Shown: positions 38,524 to 48,147 of the stretch, piece by piece
Numbering within the stretch: position 1 is the stretch's first letter
Layout of the letters: the number at the start of each line of letters is the position of its first letter
Made by a program: the position numbers and the translations under genes
DNA from: Candidatus Aegiribacteria sp.
GTDB taxonomy: Bacteria > Fermentibacterota > Fermentibacteria > Fermentibacterales > JCC-6
Assembly: GCA_021108005.1 (NCBI GenBank)
Contig: JAIORS010000218.1
Span: 30,911 to 94,910 of the forward strand
Reading direction: 5' to 3'
Length of the DNA stretch: 64,000 nucleotides
Notes under the pieces: model-generated
Database searches by the model: none
Seen by the model: only the letters and a program-made list of their open reading frames with translations
What the model was told of the DNA's origin: nothing

Positions 38524-39021
38524 TCATAATTCAGGGTCTCTATTAAAAAACTCACTGGCCCACTGAAAATCACAACCTGCGTTGAAAGCAGCCTTCATAT
38601 CAGCATCACGATCTCCGACAAAAAGAACTTTCTCGGGAGAGGTTCCGTAGAGTTTCATTAGACGGTTAAGCATCTCGGGTTCAGGTTTCCGACAGCCGCA
38701 GTCGCTGTGCGGAATGTGAGGGCAGATCTCTATAGTTTTCTCAGCAGGGCTGAAACCGAAAGCGTCTCGGAATGTATCCTCAAGGAGTGCTACAGCGGTA
38801 CTCTCACTGAAGTAACCAACGCCCACTCCTCCCTGGTTGCTGGCAATGCCATACCCTATGCCGGATTCTTCTCCGGGATGCGCCCAGTTGAAGCCTGCGA
38901 GCATCTCGATTACACCCGGATAAAGCTTCCATTCACCTGTCCTGTTGGGGCATGGCTGCCCCTCAACCGTACAGTACCTGAGAGTTCCGTCAGCATCGAA
39001 AATTATTAGATCGTATTCCAT
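38524..39021 (-). CDS. HAD-IIIA phosphatase (GmhB / histidinol-phosphatase-like)
   Basis: Motifs IFDADGTL, ASNQGG, the zinc-loop-like CPHIPHSDCGCRKP, and FVGDRDADM. The ATG at 39021 is preceded by GGGGGAG. Confidence 0.75.
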   Translation of the reverse strand: MEYDLIIFDADGTLRYCTVEGQPCPNRTGEWKLYPGVIEMLAGFNWAHPGEESGIGYGIASNQGGVGVGYFSESTAVALLEDTFRDAFGFSPAEKTIEICPHIPHSDCGCRKPEPEMLNRLMKLYGTSPEKVLFVGDRDADMKAAFNAGCDFQWASEFFNRDPEL

Positions 39022-39129
39022 ATTCTCCCCCGGGCAGGTTTCGGTCAATACTAAAATATCTTGAAGAACACTGTCCTGTTAACGCTAAAATATCAACTCG
39101 GATGGAAATGGCAAACATTGTCTTGCGGA

Positions 39130-42100
39130 TCAACTTCTGTCCTTATGCCACCTGTCCAGTTTCACGTACAGGCAGGGCAGAACAACCAGCGTAAGAACAG
39201 TGGCCACCGCCAGGCCTCCGGCAACGGTTCTTGCCATGGGAGCCCACATCACTGAACTTTCCGTAGCCCCAATGGCCAGAGGCATGAGCGCAAGAATTGT
39301 GGTTATCGCGGTCATAAGAATGGGGCGCATCCTTTTTCTTCCGGCGATAATTATCGCCTCCCTGGATGACAACCCATCTTTCCTTCTCAGTTGATTCGCG
39401 TAATCAATGAAGACAATACCGTTGTTCACAACTATTCCCGCGAGCATAAGCAGGCCTATAAGTGAGGTCAGTCCCAGGGTTGTTCCGGTCAGGAGCAGAG
39501 TCCAGATAACTCCGATCAGGGCCAGTGGAATTTCGACGATAATGATAAATGGCTCAAGGAGTGATTCGAACTGTGATGCCATAACCATGTAAACGAGGAT
39601 TATCGCAACAGCGATGGCGATTGCCATGCTTCCGAAAGCCTCACCTCTGTCCTTTATATCACCAATTATCTCGTATCTGTGGCCGCCCAGATTAAGTGTA
39701 TCCATCATAACTTCAACATCGGCCGCTACTTCACCAAGGGCTCTATCGCTGATCCTGCATGTAATTTCCACTGTCCTCGTTCTGTTCCTTCTTCCTATTT
39801 CTTCGGGAACCAGAGTGTTATGGAAGCTGCCCCATGCATCAAGGGGCATGCCGTACGCTATCAGTCCCGATACAGCTTCCCTGCTCGATCTTCCCTCCTC
39901 CGCGTAACGAATGTTAACATCGTACTCCCGGCTGTTTTCCGTATATGTTGTAGCATCCAGCCCCAGCAGGCCGATGGTGACTTCTGACCCTATCCTGGCC
40001 GGAGATTGCCCTTTTAACAAAAGTATATTCTCATCGGGTACGAAATCAAGCTGTAAAAGCTGATTCTCAAGGGAGGATGAAATGTCGACCGTTCCGGGAA
40101 TACGGCTTATTTCCGATGTAACCAATTCCCCGATTCCTCGAAGTTCATCCAGATCCGTCCCGTAGATGACTATGCTTACCGGAAACTCGTTACCGATAGG
40201 CATTCCGCTTGAAAGGCTGTATTCGATACCCGGAACTTCGTTCAACAGATCACGAATAGCCGCATCGTAGTATTCAATGCTTCTGGAGCGTTCACTCTCC
40301 CTGACGAAGAAAAGATTTATTTCCCCGTTCGCGGAGGATGAGGAACCGAAAAGGGCGCTGATACCCTCCTGCTTGCCAACGTTCATATATGAATTCCCAA
40401 GATCGCCCGGTTGTATTATCTCGAGTATCCTACTTTCAATCTCCACAAACAGGCTGTCCGTGAATTCAAGACCTGTCCCGGGAGCAAGTCTTATATCGAT
40501 GTCTATGAGGCCCTCCTTCGGTTCCGGGAGGTAAGTTTTTGGAATGAATCCCATCATGATAATCGATATTATGAAAACCAGTATCACCGGAATGAAAACG
40601 AATTTTGAATGTTCGGTGAACCAGCCTATCGACCTGGAATATCTCTCCTCGAACCTGTTCAGCCATCCCTCTATCCTTGTTGAAAGCGAACGCTGTGAAT
40701 GAGGTTTGATCAGGTTTTTAGCTCTTGACGCAAGCAGAGGTATAAGTGACTGTGAAACGAACAGTGATATGAAGAGGGCGGCCGCGATTGTAAGGCTCAG
40801 GTCCCTGAATATCTGCCCCGTCATTCCGGGCACGAACAACATGGGAATGAATACGGCAACAGTCGTGAGTGTTGATGCTGTTACAGCCATTCCAACCTGT
40901 GCCGCTCCGTGTTCCGCAGCTTTTGCCCGGTCTTCGCCCTTCCTTCGCCATCTGTGAATGTTCTCAAGTACGACAACCGAGTTATCAACAATCATACCGA
41001 TCGAAATGCTCAGTCCCGCGAGGGACATGATGTTAAGACTCACCCCGAGCAGGTACATCACAGCAAAAGTCGCCACGAATGAAAGAGGCATGGAAAGGCT
41101 GATTATCCCCGCGTTGGATACAGAGCCCAGAAAGAAAGTGAGTACCGCAGCGGCTAGAATAACAGCCTGGATCGCAGTCATCATGAGGTCTTTCATGGAT
41201 CCTGTTATGAAACGCTCCTGGCTGTAGATTATCTCGGTTTCCAGTGTCCCCGCATAGTCCTCCGAAAGATCCTCAATTGCCGATTCAAGCCTGCCGCATG
41301 TATTAACAGTGTTCGCGTCCGAACTCCTTCTGAAAACAAGCAGTATCGCCTCGCCCTGGTTAAGGTGGGTGTAGTCAATCTGTTCAGCATGACTGTCAAT
41401 AACCTCAGCTACCTCTTCAAGCCTTACCGGTCTTCCGCTGCGCTGACCTATCACCAGTTCCCTGATACTGCTGAGATCATCGAACCCGGATTTAACACTG
41501 ACGGCAAATTCCATGTCACCATCATCTATATCACCACCGGGCTGATCTCCCCCTACAGCGCTGAGAGCACCGTATATCCGGGCAATGGGAATTCCAGTTT
41601 CAGCAAGCAGGGCAGGATCGACTTCTACGTTTATCTGCCTGACGTAACCACCGCTGACATTGATGGAAGAGATACCCTCTACCCTCCCCAGCCTCGGAGT
41701 GATCTCTTCATCAACAAGGTTTCGCAGCTGGGTTCCATTCATCATTTCGCTGCTGCAAGTCATCATTATAAGCGGCTTGCTGCTGGATTCCATGGTCATT
41801 ATCACCGGGTCGCTGGAACCTTCGGGAAGCTTGCTTTTCACATTTTCAACAGCGTCCCTTACGTCCGTTTCAACCTGATCGATATCGGCACTGTTCTCAA
41901 CTTCCAGTGTAATCATACTTACACCGTTTTTGGAAATGGAAACAATCGTTTCAATTCCCTCAACACCGGAAACCGCGTCTTCGATTATCTCGGTAATAAG
42001 CCCTTCGACTTCCGAAGGACCCGCCCCGGGAAGAACGGTAATGACAGCTATCTTGCCAAGGTCTACTTTGGGGAAGTAATCGATGCCAAGCTGTGTTACG

Positions 42101-42183
42101 GCAAAGAGGCCGGCGCCCGCCATGATAATGAAGATCATAAGGAAGGTAATTTTCCGTTTAACGACAAGTCCGGGAAGACTCAT
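39130..42183 (-). CDS. RND efflux transporter permease (AcrB/HAE-type)
   Basis: 1017 aa with the two-large-loop, 12-TM architecture and family-typical TM4/TM10 regions. Confidence 0.92.
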   Translation of the reverse strand: MSLPGLVVKRKITFLMIFIIMAGAGLFAVTQLGIDYFPKVDLGKIAVITVLPGAGPSEVEGLITEIIEDAVSGVEGIETIVSISKNGVSMITLEVENSADIDQVETDVRDAVENVKSKLPEGSSDPVIMTMESSSKPLIMMTCSSEMMNGTQLRNLVDEEITPRLGRVEGISSINVSGGYVRQINVEVDPALLAETGIPIARIYGALSAVGGDQPGGDIDDGDMEFAVSVKSGFDDLSSIRELVIGQRSGRPVRLEEVAEVIDSHAEQIDYTHLNQGEAILLVFRRSSDANTVNTCGRLESAIEDLSEDYAGTLETEIIYSQERFITGSMKDLMMTAIQAVILAAAVLTFFLGSVSNAGIISLSMPLSFVATFAVMYLLGVSLNIMSLAGLSISIGMIVDNSVVVLENIHRWRRKGEDRAKAAEHGAAQVGMAVTASTLTTVAVFIPMLFVPGMTGQIFRDLSLTIAAALFISLFVSQSLIPLLASRAKNLIKPHSQRSLSTRIEGWLNRFEERYSRSIGWFTEHSKFVFIPVILVFIISIIMMGFIPKTYLPEPKEGLIDIDIRLAPGTGLEFTDSLFVEIESRILEIIQPGDLGNSYMNVGKQEGISALFGSSSSANGEINLFFVRESERSRSIEYYDAAIRDLLNEVPGIEYSLSSGMPIGNEFPVSIVIYGTDLDELRGIGELVTSEISRIPGTVDISSSLENQLLQLDFVPDENILLLKGQSPARIGSEVTIGLLGLDATTYTENSREYDVNIRYAEEGRSSREAVSGLIAYGMPLDAWGSFHNTLVPEEIGRRNRTRTVEITCRISDRALGEVAADVEVMMDTLNLGGHRYEIIGDIKDRGEAFGSMAIAIAVAIILVYMVMASQFESLLEPFIIIVEIPLALIGVIWTLLLTGTTLGLTSLIGLLMLAGIVVNNGIVFIDYANQLRRKDGLSSREAIIIAGRKRMRPILMTAITTILALMPLAIGATESSVMWAPMARTVAGGLAVATVLTLVVLPCLYVKLDRWHKDRS

Positions 42184-42196
42184 TACCGCACCACCT

Positions 42197-43222
42197 TTAC
42201 GTGTGAGCCATTGGCAACCAGATGATGACCAAGAAAAATAACCGAGTCTCCGGGTTCGACTCCTGCCGATATTTCAAAATCCGTTCTACAGGGACGATCA
42301 AAACTGCATTGTCACGAACAAGCGCCACTTCCCATAAGGACTCATCTTCATGAAGCAGCACCCGAAGGGGTAGAACAATCGTATTCTCCGAGGTTTCAAG
42401 CCCGATGGTCGCCGTACCTGTCATCCCTGAGCGAAGCCTGCCTGAATCATCATGATATTGCGCCATAACTGAAACCAGCCCCGATACCGGATCCACAGAG
42501 GATGAGAAGGATATTACCTCTCCGGGGAAAAGCTCTCCGGGATAGTGCGAAGTGGAAAAGACAAGAGGCAGCCCTTCGGCTAGATACTGAAGATGACGTC
42601 CTGCGATCAGAAGTTCAGATTTCATGACACCGCTGTCCGTAATCGAAACAAGAGGCCCTGAAGAAACGTACCCTTCCTTTGCCCAGACCCTGGTGACAGT
42701 GCCGCTGAAAGGGGCGAGTATCTTTCCGCTCTCCGCCATGCTCCTTGCGTTTTCGTATCCCGCGAAAGCCTGTCTTTCTGTTGCTGCCGAAGCAGCTGAT
42801 GTGGACACAGCCATTTCGTATTCGATTTCACTGATAGCTCCGTCAATTCTAAGTCTCTCAGCTCTATGAAGGTCATCTTCGGCGTTCGACGCCAATGTTC
42901 TGGCGGCCGTAAGCTGTGCTGATGAAGCTGAAACAGCGCTGCTGTACTGCTGATCGGTGGAAAGCTCTACTAGAATTTCTCCCTCCCGAACTTCATCACC
43001 TTCGTTGACGGTAACTTCCAGTATTCTTCCCGGGCTCATCGAAGTGATAATCGCCTCGCTGCTTGATTCGAGCCTGCAGGCAGCCACAACCGTAGAACTT
43101 ATCACCTGCGGTTCCGGCACAATTACCGTAACGGGAATGAGCTTTTCGGCAATTTCTTCCTTCTGACCGCAGGATATCAACATAAGGAGAGTAAATAGAA
43201 AAATAACAGTATTCCTTCTCAT
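42197..43222 (-). CDS. RND efflux periplasmic adaptor (membrane fusion protein, HlyD/AcrA family)
   Basis: Lipobox LMLISCGQ, a lipoyl-like domain, an Ala-rich coiled-coil hairpin, and a position immediately upstream of the RND pump. Confidence 0.85.
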   Translation of the reverse strand: MRRNTVIFLFTLLMLISCGQKEEIAEKLIPVTVIVPEPQVISSTVVAACRLESSSEAIITSMSPGRILEVTVNEGDEVREGEILVELSTDQQYSSAVSASSAQLTAARTLASNAEDDLHRAERLRIDGAISEIEYEMAVSTSAASAATERQAFAGYENARSMAESGKILAPFSGTVTRVWAKEGYVSSGPLVSITDSGVMKSELLIAGRHLQYLAEGLPLVFSTSHYPGELFPGEVISFSSSVDPVSGLVSVMAQYHDDSGRLRSGMTGTATIGLETSENTIVLPLRVLLHEDESLWEVALVRDNAVLIVPVERILKYRQESNPETRLFFLVIIWLPMAHT

Positions 43223-43818
43223 TTCTTTCCTGCCATTCCATCAATAAGGATTTTTCCGACCGAGTCTATGAATTTCTCGTTTATTTCATTCGTACTCATG
43301 TCTTCGTCGAACCATACGGAAATCCTGTTCCGGGACATGAACCACATCTCGCAGATGGACATGAAACAGACAACGAACATTCTGGGGTCTACGTCAGCCC
43401 TGAATATTCCCTTTTCCTGCAGCTTCTTAAGCTTTTTAACGACTTCATTTCTCACTTCGGGGGGAGGACATATCCACATTGACTGTTCGGCGTTCAGCCA
43501 TGCCAGCATCCTTACGAACTGGGGGTTACTCCTGAGAAATTCAAAATACGTGGTATGATTCTTCTTCGTCCTTACCGCCTCCAGGCCGCCGGATAGAATG
43601 GATGAAACCATCTCTATCATCCTCTCTGGAAGTCTGGCATCGAATACTCTTCTATGAATTACTTCGTCCCAAAGCTCCCTTTTTGATGCGAAGTAGTGGT
43701 AAAGAAGGCTTTTTGCCACATGTGCCTTTTCAGCGATGCTCTTCATTGATGAGCCTGAGAATCCTCTTTCTACGAAAATGCCCTCGGCGGCATTAAGGAT
43801 TTCATCTTTTGTACTCAT
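43219..43818 (-). CDS. TetR/AcrR-family transcriptional regulator
   Basis: HTH segment FVERGFSGSSMKSIAEKAHVAKSLLYHYFASK. It overlaps the adaptor gene by 4 nt. Confidence 0.85.
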   Translation of the reverse strand: MSTKDEILNAAEGIFVERGFSGSSMKSIAEKAHVAKSLLYHYFASKRELWDEVIHRRVFDARLPERMIEMVSSILSGGLEAVRTKKNHTTYFEFLRSNPQFVRMLAWLNAEQSMWICPPPEVRNEVVKKLKKLQEKGIFRADVDPRMFVVCFMSICEMWFMSRNRISVWFDEDMSTNEINEKFIDSVGKILIDGMAGKK

Positions 43819-43836
43819 GATTCACTCATTTCTATT

Positions 43837-43882
43837 TGACTGACCGTTCAGTCAGTAATAATAACAAAATGAGATTTGTCAA
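43837..43882 (-). promoter_or_regulatory. Candidate promoter plus inverted-repeat operator of the TetR-MFP-RND operon
   Basis: On the minus strand: TTGACA (43882-43877), a 16-nt spacer, then TATTAC (43860-43855). The inverted repeat TGACTGA-N4-TCAGTCA (43837-43854) follows, 19 nt upstream of the TetR ATG. Confidence 0.35.
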
Positions 43883-43978
43883 GAAGCACTAACTCGCATC
43901 CATTACAAGTTCTCATATCGAAGCGCTGCAGTAGAGTATTTGTGATGGATGCGGGTTGATGCATGGGATTATGTGAGT

Positions 43979-45370
43979 TCAGCTATCCTGTTCCTGTTTC
44001 GATTCAGGATGTTCCGCAATGTAATCAAGATAGACTTTTGAAGATGCCATTTCAGGCAGAATTCCCTGATGAACCAGTTCTTCAAGATTGTTCAGAATAA
44101 TTCCGATTTCGGGAAATGATCCCGTGTCCCCGCCAGTTCTTTTCATAAGAATTTTTCCCAGATCCACGGGAAGCACCCTCCTTCGGGTGTCGGGCACAAG
44201 CCTGCGCAGTCTTTCCCTCAGTTCAGCCATTCTCGTGAGCCCGACGGAAGCGTAAGTTTCTGCATGTGCGGCGATATCCGCTGAAGCAAGATCCAGCAGA
44301 AGATCGAGGTATTCTCCGCATTCACCGGCAAGCTTTCTCACTGCCCTGTCGGACCATTCGTTTGAGTAAAGAACAGGCCTCATATGATTCTTCACCAGGA
44401 AAGATACGCATTTCCTTTCCTTTTTTGAGAATCTGAACCTCTCGGCCGTTTCAACCGCGCAATCGGAGCCTGCTTTCTCGTGGCCGTAGAAATGTACATT
44501 TCCATCTTCATCAACCGTTCTGCGAAAAGGTTTTCCAATGTCATGCATAAGGGCTGCCCATCGAAGGCATCGGTTACCGGCAGTGTTCTTCACCACGTCC
44601 AGTGTATGCTCCCAGACATCTCCGTAATGAGCCCTGCCCTGAGATGCTCCATTTAAAGAGAACATCGATGTAAACTGCGGGATTAAATCCTGAAGAACTC
44701 CCGTTTCCCTCATAAGCTGCAGAACTCCGGAAACCTCTTCACCATCTGCGGCTGTAAGCAGTGAATCCATTTCCATCTTCCAGCGTTCCCTGGATATGTC
44801 CATAATCGCTGAGTGGTGCTTTTCAATTGCCTCAAGGGCTTTATCGTCTATTGAGAACCCCAGGCGGCAGGCGAAGCGGAATGCCCGAAGCATCCGAAGG
44901 GGGTCTTCCCTGAAGGTTTCTTCCGGATCCAGTGGAGTCCTGATCATTTTGTCCTTCAGATCCTGCAGTCCCCCCAGGGGATCGATAATTCTGCCATTTT
45001 CATCCATAGCCATCGCGTTTATCGTGAAGTCCCTCCTTACAAGGTCTTCCTCAAGATTTCTGCCGAAGACAACCTCAGGATGGCGGGATCCTTTCCGATA
45101 ACTCTCCTTGCACCTGTAGGTGGTTATCTGAACCTCTACAGGGCCTGTATCATCGTTTATGACTGCTGCTACCGTACCGAATTCTATTCCGATGGGAATC
45201 GCCCTGTAGCCTCCTGATTCAAGAATACTCTTCGTCACTTCGGGTCTTGCTCCCGTGGAATAATCGTAATCCGCGGTTTCTCTTCCCAGCAGACGGTCCC
45301 TTACGTAACCGCCTACCAGATAGAGCTCTTCCCCGTTTTTGCGGAACAGTTCGAACAGTTTCTTAAACAA
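43979..45370 (-). CDS. cca: CCA-adding enzyme / poly(A) polymerase family tRNA nucleotidyltransferase with HD domain
   Basis: LYLVGGYVRDRLLGRETADYDY head domain, RDFTINA, and an HD motif (LMHDIGKP). Confidence 0.85.
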   Translation of the reverse strand: MFKKLFELFRKNGEELYLVGGYVRDRLLGRETADYDYSTGARPEVTKSILESGGYRAIPIGIEFGTVAAVINDDTGPVEVQITTYRCKESYRKGSRHPEVVFGRNLEEDLVRRDFTINAMAMDENGRIIDPLGGLQDLKDKMIRTPLDPEETFREDPLRMLRAFRFACRLGFSIDDKALEAIEKHHSAIMDISRERWKMEMDSLLTAADGEEVSGVLQLMRETGVLQDLIPQFTSMFSLNGASQGRAHYGDVWEHTLDVVKNTAGNRCLRWAALMHDIGKPFRRTVDEDGNVHFYGHEKAGSDCAVETAERFRFSKKERKCVSFLVKNHMRPVLYSNEWSDRAVRKLAGECGEYLDLLLDLASADIAAHAETYASVGLTRMAELRERLRRLVPDTRRRVLPVDLGKILMKRTGGDTGSFPEIGIILNNLEELVHQGILPEMASSKVYLDYIAEHPESKQEQDS

Positions 45371-45453
45371 TTCTTCTGACTCCGATCAAAGAAAACAAAG
45401 TTTTTCACTTCAGCTATCCGGATTATACGAAAAATGTTTATCTTCCGTAGAAC

Positions 45454-46422
45454 GTGAAAGGACAGGCTTTGTCAATACTGTCAACAGCATGGAAACAGAT
45501 CAGGGAAGCCGCGGGGGTCAGCTTCATACTTTTTCGTATAATGGTTCCCGTTGTCATCGCTGTTAAGGTTCTTGGTGAGCTTGATCTGATAAAGTACATT
45601 GCCGCAGCCTTCGCACCCTTAATGAGCCTTGCGGGCCTGCCCGGCGAGATGGGACTCGTATGGGCGACCGCCGTGATAACCAACATGTACGGCGGGATCG
45701 TAGTATTCGCCTCTATCGCCCCCGGCCTTCACATGTCAACGGCTCAGATAACCGTTATAGCCTGCATGATTCTCGTTGCTCACTCCATGCCGGTCGAAAC
45801 CACTATCGCCAGAAAAACCGGTGTGAGGGTACGCTTCATGGTTCCCTTCAGACTTCTTTGCGCGCTCCTTCTGGGATTTATCCTTAACACCGCTTATTCT
45901 CTGGGAGGGTTCCTTCAGGAGGAGGGACGGATACTCTGGGAAGCGTCGCCCGTCAATGACAGTCCGGGTTCCTGGGGTCTTTCGCAGCTGCAGAATCTCG
46001 CGGCTATTTTCCTTATAGTGCTTGTGCTTATCATCCTCACGAAAATTCTGGACAGGCTTGGTATAACCAGGCTCATGAACAGAATTCTTGAACCTGTTCT
46101 TACTTCGATGGGTATCGGAAAATCCGCTTCCACAGTTACGATACTCGGCATGGTTCTGGGCATTTCCTACGGAGGAGGGCTGATTATCCGGGATATAAAC
46201 TCGGGAAAGCTTTCCAACAGGGATGTTTTCTTCTCCATGTCCCTTATGGGGCTCTCACACGCTATTGTTGAGGATACTCTTCTGATGATGTCCCTTGGTG
46301 GAAATATTTCGGGTGTTCTCTTCGCCAGAATCGCTTTCACATGGATTGTCATTTCAGGATTGGTTCTCCTTGTCAGGAAAATGTCCGATAATTCTTTTTA
46401 CCGGTACTTCTTCAGAAGATAG
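45454..46422 (+). CDS. Nucleoside-recognition (Gate) domain membrane protein
   Basis: Polytopic membrane protein with Gate-like segments (AAFAPLMSLAGLPGEMGLVWATAVITNMYGG). GTG start. Confidence 0.6.
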   Translation: MKGQALSILSTAWKQIREAAGVSFILFRIMVPVVIAVKVLGELDLIKYIAAAFAPLMSLAGLPGEMGLVWATAVITNMYGGIVVFASIAPGLHMSTAQITVIACMILVAHSMPVETTIARKTGVRVRFMVPFRLLCALLLGFILNTAYSLGGFLQEEGRILWEASPVNDSPGSWGLSQLQNLAAIFLIVLVLIILTKILDRLGITRLMNRILEPVLTSMGIGKSASTVTILGMVLGISYGGGLIIRDINSGKLSNRDVFFSMSLMGLSHAIVEDTLLMMSLGGNISGVLFARIAFTWIVISGLVLLVRKMSDNSFYRYFFRR

Positions 46423-46436
46423 GAAGGGGAACAACA

Positions 46437-46823
46437 CTGGCAACACCGATTAAAGGTCCGAGAACCAGGGCCGGTGCCTGCAGATTCGCGGTCGGGGGTG
46501 TCCGGCTGGAACCGGGGCAGGATACTGCGAAAGCCATTGAAGAGCTGATTCGTTACTGCCGTATGCGTAAAGCCAGCCATGTGAGCTGGGCCTGTCGCAT
46601 TGTTCGGAATGATAGAATTGACGACATGAAGGGTGACGGAGGCGAGAGAGGCGCCGGGAATGTTATCCTTGATGTACTGCGTAAATCCTCTACCGAGAAT
46701 GTCCTTGTAGCCGTCGCAAGATGGTACGGAGGAAAACACCTTGGGGGACTGCGTTTCCGTATCTACAGGAAGCTTACGGTGGAGATGATCGAACAACTCC
46801 AATCCGCAAAAACCATCACTTAA
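46437..46823 (+). CDS. IMPACT/YigZ (UPF0029) N-domain-like protein, no canonical start codon
   Basis: ASHVSWACRI...GDGGERGAGNVILDVL...VLVAVARWYGGKHLGGLRFRIY parallels the family pattern AtHn.yAy...DDGEP.GTAG.PiL..L...vvVvRYFGGikLG.GGL.RAY. The homology begins before the first ATG (46563). The open frame runs from 46392. CTG at 46437 lies 6 nt after AGGAAGGGGA. Confidence 0.5.
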   Translation: MATPIKGPRTRAGACRFAVGGVRLEPGQDTAKAIEELIRYCRMRKASHVSWACRIVRNDRIDDMKGDGGERGAGNVILDVLRKSSTENVLVAVARWYGGKHLGGLRFRIYRKLTVEMIEQLQSAKTIT

Positions 46824-48052
46824 TATTCCCAGTCAATTCTGGGGCTTGGAAGCCGGAGTATCCTGTCCAGTTTTCGAATCAGCTTTTCCGGCCCTTCCAG
46901 ATCATCCGTTACGCAAAGCCCTGTCGCGGGTCTTGCCCCAATCCACATCCTTGAAAATGCGCCAACCGAAGCTTCCAGCACGGGAAGAGATCTGTCGTGC
47001 CCCTTCTCGCCATGTGATTCGGGCCCCAGTGTGACTATGTAGCTGCCGGATATTCCGTGCCACGGAGCGTCCTGTTCAAGATAATCCTCAATGGGATCAC
47101 TCAGTTTAAGGTTGAAGGGTACGGGATCCCCATGAAGTATGGTTTCCTCAAGACACTTCTCCAGGTTGCATATACGAATCTGCCAGTATGCGGATGATCT
47201 GTTTGTGGCTTCGTATTTGGATTTCTCGGTTTTTCTGTTGTTTCTGAAAGGAGTCTTCAGAAGATCCTGTATCTGAATTGCCGCTGTTTCGTTGAGTTTC
47301 ACCAGATGGACCTGATCCCCCAGATTCTTAATAAGCCCGAGAAGCTCCAGGAACTGAAAGTAATCTCCATAGCACATCCAGTAGATATCGTAAGGGCCGT
47401 TTTCACCCATAGCGGATCCACACCAGAAATGATGTGAGAGCAGCTCGTTGTCGGCGTCCATGTACCCGAGACCGAAACCGTTTTTACTCCACTGCATCTC
47501 GGCTCTCGTTGTTTCTTCGCGAATGAGGGAGGTGTTACCGTGAACTTGCATCCGTCCCAGCCTGGACCTGTGCACCAGTTCCCAGTCATCCTTCGTAAGA
47601 CGCCTCGGAGGAGGGGGATTTACATTTAAGCTCAGAGAAGCAGGATCAAACCCGATAACTGTTTCGTAAGGTCCCGATCCGAATCCGAGTTTGTCATAAA
47701 ATCCCTGTTCGAACATTCCCAGTCCCGCCACCTCAGCCCCCTCGGCAACATCAAGGGCTATCAGTTCCGCGGTAAGCTTCCCGGCAAGTCCTCTTCTCCG
47801 TCCAGCGTAACTTGTTGTTACTCCGCATACTGCAGAAAGGGGAATATCCTTTTCAAGATATCTCACCCGGCCAGGTGTTGAGACAACAAGGGCTTCCGTC
47901 TCACCGTTTATGTCACCTACCAGAGCGCGGCAGCCCTCAAGGAATATATCCATGGCCTTTTCATGCTCCTCGTTCTCAATCCAGGCTACCTCCCGCCAGA
48001 TTCTGTGACAGGCTTCCAAATCCTTATTCGGATCGAATTTTCTATGTATCAT
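46820..48052 (-). CDS. Eis-like GNAT acetyltransferase (GNAT plus C-terminal SCP2-like region)
   Basis: GNAT motif A VTTSYAGRRRGLAGKLTAELIA, and a ~410-aa length with the two-GNAT plus tail layout remembered for Eis-type proteins. Confidence 0.65.
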   Translation of the reverse strand: MIHRKFDPNKDLEACHRIWREVAWIENEEHEKAMDIFLEGCRALVGDINGETEALVVSTPGRVRYLEKDIPLSAVCGVTTSYAGRRRGLAGKLTAELIALDVAEGAEVAGLGMFEQGFYDKLGFGSGPYETVIGFDPASLSLNVNPPPPRRLTKDDWELVHRSRLGRMQVHGNTSLIREETTRAEMQWSKNGFGLGYMDADNELLSHHFWCGSAMGENGPYDIYWMCYGDYFQFLELLGLIKNLGDQVHLVKLNETAAIQIQDLLKTPFRNNRKTEKSKYEATNRSSAYWQIRICNLEKCLEETILHGDPVPFNLKLSDPIEDYLEQDAPWHGISGSYIVTLGPESHGEKGHDRSLPVLEASVGAFSRMWIGARPATGLCVTDDLEGPEKLIRKLDRILRLPSPRIDWEY

Positions 48053-48147
48053 TACTTATTTATGCTCCATTCAAAGATGGAAGTAGACATATCTGTATAT
48101 TCGGTGCTTCTCTGAATATAGTCTCGACTACAAGAGAGTGGACAGAA

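Noticed and set aside
39130-43818. Absence of an outer-membrane factor gene in the TetR-MFP-RND operon as an anomaly
   Set aside because: RND operons frequently use a TolC-like channel encoded elsewhere, so this is not informative without the whole genome.
46398-46802. 134-aa minus-strand ORF
   Set aside because: The opposite strand carries clear IMPACT/YigZ-type motifs, and the minus-frame product has no recognisable features.
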